From assembly GCA_964016885.1 (NCBI GenBank), contig OZ024751.1, forward strand, positions 14,446,001 through 14,510,000: 64,000 nt of DNA, read 5' to 3'. The notes beneath the pieces were generated by a model. It was not told where the DNA came from, did no database searches, and saw only the letters and a program-made list of their open reading frames with translations. Position 1 is the stretch's first letter. Every line of letters starts with the position of its first letter. The translations under genes and the position numbers were made by a program. Positions 37,495 through 48,203 of the stretch are shown one piece after another. This DNA comes from Eledone cirrhosa (lineage: Eukaryota).

Positions 37495-40400
37495 TGGGAT
37501 GGTAGGATGGTAGGATAGAGTCACATATTGTTGGTGGTGGGATGGTGGGATAGAGTCACATATTGTTGGTGGTAGGATGGTGGGATATAGTCACATATTG
37601 TTGGTGGTGGGATGGTGGGATAGAGTCACATATTGTTGGTGGTAGGATGGTGGGATATAGTCACATATTGTTGGTGGTGGGATGGTGGGATAGAGTCACA
37701 TATTGTTGGTGGTAGGATGGTGGGATATAGTCACATATTGTTGGTGGTGGGATGGTGGGATAGAGTCACATATTGTTGGTGGTGGGATGGTAGGATAGAG
37801 TCACATATTGTTGGTGGTAGGATGGTGGGATATAGTCACATATTGTTGGTGGTGGGATGGTGGGATATAGTCACATATTGTTGGTGGTAGGATGGTGGGA
37901 TATAGTCACATATTGTTGGTGGTGGGATGGTGGGATGGTGGGATAGAGTCACATATTGTTGGTGGTGGGATGGTGGGATATAGTCACATATTGTTGGTGG
38001 TGGGATGGTGGGATAGAGTCACATATTGTTGGTGGTGGGATGGTGGGATAGAGTCACATATTGTTGGTGGTGGGATGGTGGGATGGTGGGATAGAGTCAC
38101 ATATTGTTGGTGGTGGGATGGTGGGATATAGTCACATATTGTTGGTGGTGGGATGGTGGGATAGAGTCACATATTGTTGGTGGTGGGATGGTGGGATAGA
38201 GTCACATATTGTTGGTGGTGGGATGGTGGGATGGTGGGATAGAGTCACATATTGTTGGTGGTGGGATGGTGGGATGGTGGGATAGAGTCACATATTGTTG
38301 GTGGTGGGATGGTGGGATGGTGGGATAGAGTCACATATTGTTGGTGGTGGGATGGTGGGATGGTGGGATAGAGTCACATATTGTTGGTGGTGGGATGGTG
38401 GGATATAGTCACATATTGTTGGTGGTGGGATGGTGGGATAGAGTCACATATTGTTGGTGGTGGGATGGTGGGATAGAGTCACATATTGTTGGTGGTGGGA
38501 TGGTGGGATGGTGGGATAGAGTCACATATTGTTGGTGGTGGGATGGTGGGATGGTGGGATAGAGTCACATATTGTTGGTGGTGGGATGGTGGGATGGTGG
38601 GATAGAGTCACATATTGTTGGTGGTGGGATGGTGGGATATAGTCACATATTGTTGGTGGTGGGATGGTGGGATGGTGGGATATAGTCACATATTGTTGGT
38701 GGTGGGATGGTGGGATAGAGTCACATATTGTTGGTGGTGGGATGGTGGGATGGTGGGATAGAGTCACATATTGTTGGTGGTGGGATGGTGGGATATAGTC
38801 ACATATTGTTGGTGGTGGGATGGTGGGATGGTGGGATAGAGTCACATATTGTTGGTGGTGGGATGGTGGGATGGTGGGATAGAGTCACATATTGTTGGTG
38901 GTGGGATGGTGGGATAGAGTCACATATTGTTGGTGGTGGGATGGTGGGATGGTGGGATATAGTCACATATTGTTGGTGGTGGGATGGTGGGATAGAGTCA
39001 CATATTGTTGGTGGTGGGATGGTGGGATGGTGGGATATAGTCACATATTGTTGGTGGTGGGATGGTGGGATGGTGGGATAGAGTTACATATTGTTGGTGG
39101 TGGGATGGTGGGATGGTGGGATGGTGGGATATAGTCACATATTGTTGGTGGTGGGATGGTGGGATGGTGGGATATAGTCACATATTGTTGGTGGTGGGAT
39201 GGTGGGATGGTGGGATAGAGTCACATATTGTTGGTGGTGGGATGGTGGGATGGTGGGATAGAGTCACATATTGTTGGTGGTGGGATGGTGGGATGGTGGG
39301 ATAGAGTCACATATTGTTGGTGGTGGGATGGTGGGATGGTGAGATAGAGTCACATATTGTTGGTGGTGGGATGGTGGGATGGTGGGATAGAGTCACATAT
39401 TGTTGGTGGTGGGATGGTGGGATGGTGGGATAGAGTCACATATTGTTGGTGGTGGGATGGTAGGATAGAGTCACATATTGTTGGTGGTGGGATGGTGGGA
39501 TGGTGGGATGGTGGGATATAGTCACATATTGTTGGTGGTGGGATGGTGGGATGGTGGGATAGAGTCACATATTGTTGGTGGTGGGATGGTGGGATGGTGG
39601 GATATAGTCACATATTGTTGGTGGTGGGATGGTGGGATGGTGGGATAGAGTCACATATTGTTGGTGGTGGGATGGTGGGATAGAGTCACATATTGTTGGT
39701 GGTGGGATGGTGGGATGGTGGGATGGTGGGATATAGTCACATATTGTTGGTGGTGGGATGGTGGGATGGTGGGATAGAGTCACATATTGTTGGTGGTGGG
39801 ATGGTGGGATAGAGTCACATATTGTTGGTGGTGGGATGGTGGGATGGTGGGATATAGTCACATATTGTTGGTGGTGGGATGGTGGGATGGTGAGATAGAG
39901 TCACATATTGTTGGTGGTGGGATGGTGGGATGGTGGGATATAGTCACATATTGTTGGTGGTGGGATGGTGGGATGGTGGGATATAGTCACATATTGTTGG
40001 TGGTGGGATGGTGGGATGGTGGGATAGAGTCACATATTGTTGGTGGTGGGATGGTGGGATAGAGTCACATATTGTTGGTGGTGGGATGGTGGGATGGTGG
40101 GATGGTGGGATATAGTCACATATTGTTGGTGGTGGGATGGTGGGATGGTGGGATAGAGTCACATATTGTTGGTGGTGGGATGGTGGGATAGAGTCACATA
40201 TTGTTGGTGGTGGGATGGTGGGATGGTGGGATATAGTCACATATTGTTGGTGGTGGGATGGTGGGATGGTGAGATAGAGTCACATATTGTTGGTGGTGGG
40301 ATGGTGGGATGGTGGGATATAGTCACATATTGTTGGTGGTGGGATGGTGGGATGGTGGGATAGAGTCACATATTGTTGGTGGTGGGATGGTGGGATAGAG

Positions 40401-42988
40401 TCACATATTGTTGGTGGTGGGATGGTGGGATGGTGGGATGGTGGGATATAGTCACATATTGTTGGTGGTGGGATGGTGGGATGGTGGGATAGAGTCACAT
40501 ATTGTTGGTGGTGGGATGGTAGGATAGAGTCACATATTGTTGGTGGTGGGATGGTGGGATGGTGGGATAGAGTTACATATTGTTGGTGGTGGGATGGTGG
40601 GATAGAGTCACATATTGTTGGTGGTGGGATGGTGGGATGGTGGGATAGAGTCACATATTGTTGGTGGTGGGATGGTGGGATGGTGGGATGGTGGGATATA
40701 GTCACATATTGTTGGTGGTGGGATGGTGGGATGGTGGGATAGAGTCACATATTGTTGGTGGTGGGATGGTGGGATGGTGGGATAGAGTCACATATTGTTG
40801 GTGGTGGGATGGTGGGATGGTGGGATAGAGTCACATATTGTTGGTGGTGGGATGGTGGGATGGTGGGATATTGTCACATATTGTTGGTGATGGGATGGTG
40901 GGATATAGTCACATATTGTTGGTGGTGGGATGGTGGGATAGAGTCACATATTGTTGGTGGTGGGATGGTGGGATGGTGGGATATAGTCACATATTGTTGG
41001 TGGTGGGATGGTGGGATGGTGGGATGGTGGGATAGAGTCACATATTGTTGGTGGTGGGATGGTGGGATGGTGGGATAGAGTCACATATTGTTGGTGGTGG
41101 GATGGTGGGATGGTGGGATAGAGTCACATATTGTTGGTGGTGGGATGGTGGGATGGTGGGATGGTGGGATGGAGTCACATATTGTTGGTGGTGGGATGGT
41201 GGGATAGAGTCACATATTGTTGGTGGTGGGATGGTGGGATGGTGGGATAGAGTCACATATTGTTGGTGGTGGGATGGTGGGATGGTGGGATGGTGGGATA
41301 TAGTCACATATTGTTGGTGGTGGGATGGTGGGATATAGTCACATATTGTTGGTGGTGGGATGGTGGGATAGAGTCACATATTGTTGGTGGTGGGATGGTG
41401 GGATGGTGGGATATAGTCACATATTGTTGGTGGTGGGATGGTGGGATGGTGGGATAGAGTCACATATTGTTGGTGGTGGGATGGTGGGATGGTGGGATAG
41501 AGTCACATATTGTTGGTGGTGGGATGGTGGGATGGTGGGATAGAGTCACATATTGTTGGTGGTGGGATGGTGGGATGGTGGGATATAGTCACATATTGTT
41601 GGTGGTGGGATGGTGGGATGGAGTCACATATTGTTGGTGGTGGGATGGTGGGATGGTGGGATAGAGTCACATATTGTTGGTGGTGGGATGGTGGGATGGT
41701 GGGATGGTGGGATGGAGTCACATATTGTTGGTGGTGGGATGGTGGGATAGAGTCACATATTGTTGGTGGTGGGATGGTGGGATGGTGGGATAGAGTCACA
41801 TATTGTTGGTGGTGGGATGGTGGGATGGTGGGATATAGTCACATATTGTTGGTGGTGGGATGGTGGGATATAGTCACATATTGTTGGTGGTGGGATGGTG
41901 GGATAGAGTCACATATTGTTGGTGGTGGGATGGTGGGATGGTGGGATATAGTCACATATTGTTGGTGGTGGGATGGTGGGATGGTGGGATGGTGGGATAG
42001 AGTCACATATTGTTGGTGGTGGGATGGTGGGATGGTGGGATAGAGTCACATATTGTTGGTGGTGGGATGGTGGGATGGTGGGATAGAGTCACATATTGTT
42101 GGTGGTGGGATGGTGGGATGGTGGGATATAGTCACATATTGTTGGTGGTGGGATGGTGGGATGGAGTCACATATTGTTGGTGGTGGGATGGTGGGATGGT
42201 GGGATAGAGTCACATATTGTTGGTGGTGGGATGGTGGGATGGTGGGATGGAGTCACATATTGTTGGTGGTGGGATGGTGGGATGGTGGGATGGAGTCACA
42301 TATTGTTGGTGGTGGGATGGTGGGATAGAGTCACATATTGTTGGTGGTGGGATGGTGGGATATAGTCACATATTGTTGGTGGTGGGATGGTGGGATGGAG
42401 TCACATATTGTTGGTGGTGGGATGGTGGGATGGTGGGATGGAGTCACATATTGTTGGTGGTGGGATGGTGGGATGGTGGGATAGAGTCACATATTGTTGG
42501 TGGTGGGATGGTGGGATATAGTCACATATTGTTGGTGGTGGGATGGTGGGATGGAGTCACATATTGTTGGTGGTGGGATGGTGGGATGGTGGGATGGAGT
42601 CACATATTGTTGGTGGTGGGATGGTGGGATGGTGGGATAGAGTCACATATTGTTGGTGGTGGGATGGTGGGATAGAGTCACATATTGTTGGTGGTGGGAT
42701 GGTGGGATGGTGGGATATAGTCACATATTGTTGGTGGTGGGATGGTGGGATATAGTCACATATTGTTGGTGGTGGGATGGTGGGATGGAGTCACATATTG
42801 TTGGTGGTGGGATGGTGGGATGGTGGGATGGAGTCACATATTGTTGGTGGTGGGATGGTGGGATGGTGGGATAGAGTCACATATTGTTGGTGGTGGGATG
42901 GTGGGATATAGTCACATATTGTTGGTGGTGGGATGGTGGGATGGTGGGATATAGTCACATATTGTTGGTACTGGAATGGTGGGATAGA
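37495..42988. repeat. 5.5-kb G-rich minisatellite, 35/43/51-bp units GTCACATATTGTTGG(TGGTGGGA)2-4 TAGA/TATA/TGGA
   Basis: Direct periodicity, variable number of internal 8-bp subrepeats. Confidence 0.98.
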
Positions 42989-43033
42989 AAGAAGTAACAA
43001 GGGTAAGAAGCAAGAATTAACACCCACTGCCTG

Positions 43034-43097
<64 letters not shown>

Positions 43098-43125
43098 CTA
43101 TATATATCTATATATCTATATATAT

Positions 43126-43300
43126 ATCATCATCATTTTACATCCGCTTTTCCCTGCTCGCAAGGGTGGGGTGGGTTTTATTAAGCACGGCATCTCCCCA
43201 TTTGTCACGTTCCTTTGTGATCTCCATGAGCTTCAGGGATCTGAGGTCTGCTCACACCACCTCCACCCATGTTTTTTCGTGCTCTTCCTCGACCGCATCT
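43126..43300 (-). mobile_element. RTE LINE 3'-end fragment; further RTE C-terminal fragment at 43790-43980
   Basis: Homologous to 8018-8180; ORF fragment RRLRWYGHVM..GVGRPMKTW at 43784-43978. Confidence 0.8.
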
Positions 43301-43401
<101 letters not shown>

Positions 43402-44021
43402 ATAATCATCATCATTATCATCACCGTTTAACGTCCATGTTTCCACGCTGGCATGGGTTAGACGAATTATCTTGTTGCGAGCAATGCTAGGTCAGGAGAC
43501 CATGTCATGCTTATACAGAACCGATTTTGGCTTGGTTTCTACAGCTGGATGCCCTTCCTAGCACCACCTCATTTACAGTAAGTGCTGGGTGCTTTTTGCC
43601 ATGACACCTACACAACCACCTTACAATTGGGCTGTGTTGCCATCACAACCACTTTACAGTATGGGCCGGAGGCTTAACTGGTTGTATGTATGGGAGTGGG
43701 TGAGGTGGCATGGTGCATATTATACATTTGCTTCATCTTCAGCTTGTGCCTGTGGGAAGTCTGGTTTTGTGTATTACTGTGTATCACCAGAGATCCCGGT
43801 CCTGCATCATTGCCTTTGAGAAGGCAAAGTCAGCTTTTATCACCTCATCCCAAGTCTTCATGGGTCTCCCCACTCCACGGATTCCATCGACTTTGAGCAG
43901 CACTCTGCACCTTTTTATACAGTTGCGATCATTCATACACATCACATGTCCATACCAGCGCAATCTCCTCTCCTGCACATTGTATCTGATTTCATATATA
44001 CATAGATATGTATATATAGGA

Positions 44022-44222
44022 GTTCATATAGAAAAAGCTTCTACAGAACTAGTACTGTTTCATTCATATGAAATAATCAGGCCATTCCTGATGATTTCAT
44101 ACGAATGAAACAGTACTATTCCTGTAGAAGCCTTTTCTATATAAACCTGTCTTCACTCTACACATGTATTAAGTACCTTATTTACTGTGGTTATACCTGG
44201 CTCAACTCGGAACTACTTATCA
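44022..44222 (+). mobile_element. PLE-like fold-back relic with hammerhead core
   Basis: ~60-bp arms 44022-44081 / 44087-44146 with 5-nt loop; CTGATGA (44088-44094)-TTTC-ATAC-GAAT-GAAA (44107-44110)-CAGTACT. Confidence 0.6.
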
Positions 44223-44232
44223 TATATCATAT

Positions 44233-44986
44233 ATCATCATCATCATCATCATTTTACGTCCGCTTTTCCCTGCTTGCAAGGGTGAGACGGGTCTTATTCA
44301 GCACAGCATCTCTCCACTCATCACGGTCCTTCGTCATCTCCACCGTGAGCTTCAGCGATCTGAGGTGTGTTCTCACCACCTCCGCCCATGTTTTTCATGG
44401 TCTACCTCTACCACGTCTTCCTTCAACTGGCATTTCCTGGCACTTCTTCACCCATCTGTCATCCTCCATGCGCATCACATGTCCATACCACTTCAGTCTC
44501 CTCTCCCGCACACGACATTCTATCCCTCTTGGACACAGTTTCTCTCTCAACACATTTATGCTGGGTCGTTCACCCACATTGACATTGCACATCCAACAGA
44601 GCATGCTTGCCTCATTTCTCTCCAGCCGTCGCATATCCTGTGCAGTTGCTGCCCATGTCTCACTACCATGCAGCATTGCGCTCCTCACACAGGCATCATA
44701 TAACCGGCCTTTCGTACGCAGGGAGAAACCTTTCTTCGTCAACCCATCCTTATTCTAGATACTATGGCCTCGGAACACCCTCCTCCCATGCTAATCTGAT
44801 CTCCTACCGGAAGCTAACCACCACTTCTATAGCGCCCTCCTGCATTTGAAAAATGTGTCTATCAATGCGACCTCTACTGTCTAATTTCCCTGTACATCTA
44901 CTGCATATGTATTTCTCCCTACCTGTTAGTTTGCCTGCTATCCCACTACATCTCTTGTGTACCCAGGATCTGCATTGTGTGCATTT
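44233..44986 (-). mobile_element. 5'-truncated RTE LINE copy (part of PHD-type finger to 3' tail)
   Basis: Highly similar to 8018-8775; CTQC..HKRC..CSRC and YDACVRSAMLHGSETW. Confidence 0.92.
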
Positions 44987-45157
44987 TATATATATATAGT
45001 GGTAGAACACTGGAAGGTAATATCCGTAGTGGTAGAGCACTCAGTCCATGGGACGAGTTAGGTAGAAGTGGTTACACAACAGTTATTTCACCATACCGAG
45101 AACAATTGTTTCACCTTAGCGGATCCTCTGCAGTTATATATATATATATATATATAT

Positions 45158-45387
45158 CATCATCATCATCACCGTTTTACGTCCGTTCTTCCACGCTAGC
45201 ATGGGTTAGACGGGTTGTCCTGTTGTGGGCAGTGTCTGGTCGGCTGACTATGCCTTGCTCATACAGGAACTGATTTGGCTTGATTTCTACAGCTGGATGC
45301 CCTTCCTAACACCAACCTCATTTACAGTGAGTGCTGGGTGCTTTTTCGTGGCGCCTACACGTCCACTTTACAGTGTGGGCTGGGTGC

Positions 45388-45390
<3 letters not shown>
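45158..45390 (-). mobile_element. RTE-tail SINE fragment
   Basis: Near-identical to 21218-21412. Confidence 0.8.
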
Positions 45391-45424
<34 letters not shown>

Positions 45425-45503
45425 CTCCGTTCTCACATCACCAACAAGATTCAACATCAAAGATGGATGAGTTGCATAATGTGGAGTACTTTTCCTGCTA
45501 TTA

Positions 45504-45830
45504 CATCATCATCATCATAATCATCATTTCACGTCCGCGTTTCCCTGCTTGCAAGGGTTGGACGGGTCCTATTCAGCACACCATCTCTCCACTTGTCACG
45601 GTCCTTCGTCATCTCCTCAGTGAGTTTCAGCGATCTGAGGTCTGCTCTCACCACCTCTGCCCATGTTTTTCGAGGTCTACCTCTACTGCGCCTTCCTTCT
45701 ACTGGGATTTCTTGGCACTTCTTCACCCAGCGGTCATCCTCCATGCACATCACATATCCATACCATCTCAGCCTTCTCTCCTGCACACCACAACTTGTCC
45801 CTCTTATACCCAGTTTCTTTCTCAACATCA
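45504..45830 (-). mobile_element. RTE LINE 3'-end fragment
   Basis: RRLRWYGYVM..VEGRRSRGRPRKTW and (TGA)n tail. Confidence 0.88.
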
Positions 45831-45875
45831 TGGTTAACTATACGGAATGACCAGTTCTACCCAGTGGTGAACCAC

Positions 45876-45936
<61 letters not shown>

Positions 45937-46211
45937 GTATGTCTGTTTGTCACTCTCTCTCTCATTACATTATTAGATTTAATAAAACCAGAACCAATCA
46001 GTATAAACAGTAGAAGAGAGTTCAGTGCTACCACAGACATAATTATATCTGTTCTCACACACACATACATACATACACACACATACACGCATAATAATCA
46101 GGAACTGATCTTCTATTATCTTCAAATACTCTGTCTGTTTGTCTGCCTGTCCCTGCCTGTTTCTCTGTCTGTCTGTCTATCTATCGATCTTTCTCTTTGC
46201 CTGTCTGTCTG

Positions 46212-46244
<33 letters not shown>

Positions 46245-46419
46245 GAGGATAGTAGACGTGTGTCATATCGCTCCGTGATTTGGATTTTTACCTGCTAATT
46301 TTGTGAGTGGATTTTTTTGAATTCTTTTGTATAATTAACTGTAACCCCTAGTCTGGGACTCTAGACGTCGGGTAAATATATTTTCACCCCTTTTGGGGTG
46401 AAAAATAAATATTTCAAAA

Positions 46420-48180
46420 ATGTTTATCGATATCGTTGATAACGATATCGTCGAAAACGATATCGCCATATTGAAAGCGAACGCCACGCCGACCAAAAAA
46501 ACAAGCGGGAAAGAGGGAACAACAGTTCAAACTGTTGAACAACCCCTCCTCTCCAATGAAAAAAAGAATTTCAATTCAAATGAAAAAATTAATTTTCAAG
46601 AAAAAAATAACACCACAAATAAGGAAACCAACAACATTACAACAACAAACAAAGACAAAATTTCTTTTGCCCAAACACTCAGGAGAGCCACGGAATACAA
46701 AGCTATTGACATCACGAACGCCAAGGAAAATTTGCTAGAGACTAGAAAATACGTATCTTTTGGGGAGGATGGTTCTTTTACGATCAACTCCCCAGAAGAA
46801 GTACGTCAACAGATTTACAAGAATACCGTAAGCTACAGAACCATAACCAACGAAACGAGAAAGCCAGCGCAATTGACCGAAAGTCAAATCGAGCTGGTTC
46901 TGAAAGAAATTAAAAATGACATACTCTTTATTCAAAGAGGAAAGCTGTATGCCAGCATTATGGTCCGAATGAAGGACGAAATGCTGGCTCAGAAATATTC
47001 GGTGGCACCTATAGTGTCACCACAATACACCTTCTTCCCCACATATAAAGGAAGAAGAACACAAAGGATAAGAATGTGGAGCCCTACGCCAGAAATTAAC
47101 ATCTGGTCCGTCCTAACAGGATTTACCGACCTAGATAAGGACATACTAATTTCAGCAGGGGAGTCCACCAGTGGACTGTTCGGGGGGAAAAGTCTGGAGG
47201 TTCTCTTACAGATGACACCTGAGAGAATCTCCGGAATACCCGACCGAGTGCTACTGGATGGGCGAACCTACATAAATATCACAGTGGAAGGCAGGAGACC
47301 CTCATGTTACCACTGCGCTGGCAGAGGTCACCTGAGGACGGCCTGCCCTCTACTAACAACTAAAAAACCACTGCTACAAACACCACAACAACAACAAAAA
47401 CAACCAGCACCACCATCACAAAAACAACAAAATACACTACCATCTCCACCAGAACAACAAAAACCAACAACACCACCACCACCACCACCACAACAACAAC
47501 AACAACATCAACAACAGCTCAAGAAAACAATCCAAAACACGGTCCCACCCAGCCCCACCCCACAGAACACAAATACAAAAACAGTTCATACACAACCCGG
47601 AGATATACCCCTCCCCTCCAATACGGAAGAGGAGCTCATATCGTCGGAAGACGAGGGGGCTCCCTTCCAAAAAGTGAAAAGAAAAAAACGTACACACACC
47701 ACACAAACAAAAATAACCCCACCTGACAACACAACACAGACAATAAAACGCAAACTCACTCAACAACAACAAGCAAAAACAAACACAACAACACAAAAAC
47801 TCTACACATACATAAACAAAAACAATGAAAACCTAACTTTAAAAGTAGAAACCAACCCTTCGATACAAACCGAAGGGCCGAATTTCGTAACGGCAATGGG
47901 GCTCCCTAACCTGAAAATGGTGAAAATCCCACTTGACATTTTTAAAACTTTAAAAGACATGTACCCTGAGGACGTGGGCCCACCCTGCACCAGGCCACTC
48001 AACCGCGTCCTCCTGAAAGGTTTTCCCTTCCCCTCCTCAAACACCCACACAACTCCAAAGATCCCAACCCCTCCACACACTAATACCCCCACACCACCAC
48101 AAACCACCACCCCACCCATCAACCCCTCCATCAGCCCCATGGAAACTGAGCGACCCGAACCCCGGGACGCAGAGAGGTAA
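46420..48180 (+). CDS. LINE ORF1, gag-like protein with CCHC zinc knuckle and P/Q/T-rich low-complexity C-terminal half (586 aa, intact)
   Basis: CYHCAGRGHLRTAC (C-x2-C-x4-H-x4-C) at 47305-47346; position upstream of the APE-RT ORF. Confidence 0.88.
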   Translation: MFIDIVDNDIVENDIAILKANATPTKKTSGKEGTTVQTVEQPLLSNEKKNFNSNEKINFQEKNNTTNKETNNITTTNKDKISFAQTLRRATEYKAIDITNAKENLLETRKYVSFGEDGSFTINSPEEVRQQIYKNTVSYRTITNETRKPAQLTESQIELVLKEIKNDILFIQRGKLYASIMVRMKDEMLAQKYSVAPIVSPQYTFFPTYKGRRTQRIRMWSPTPEINIWSVLTGFTDLDKDILISAGESTSGLFGGKSLEVLLQMTPERISGIPDRVLLDGRTYINITVEGRRPSCYHCAGRGHLRTACPLLTTKKPLLQTPQQQQKQPAPPSQKQQNTLPSPPEQQKPTTPPPPPPQQQQQHQQQLKKTIQNTVPPSPTPQNTNTKTVHTQPGDIPLPSNTEEELISSEDEGAPFQKVKRKKRTHTTQTKITPPDNTTQTIKRKLTQQQQAKTNTTTQKLYTYINKNNENLTLKVETNPSIQTEGPNFVTAMGLPNLKMVKIPLDIFKTLKDMYPEDVGPPCTRPLNRVLLKGFPFPSSNTHTTPKIPTPPHTNTPTPPQTTTPPINPSISPMETERPEPRDAER

Positions 48181-48203
48181 GTGCCTCTTTCTTTGCCACC
48201 AAC

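Noticed and set aside
37495-42988. CRISPR-like array (also considered for 2569-3103, 52595-53490, 54610-55306)
   Set aside because: No unique spacers, no cas genes, eukaryotic context
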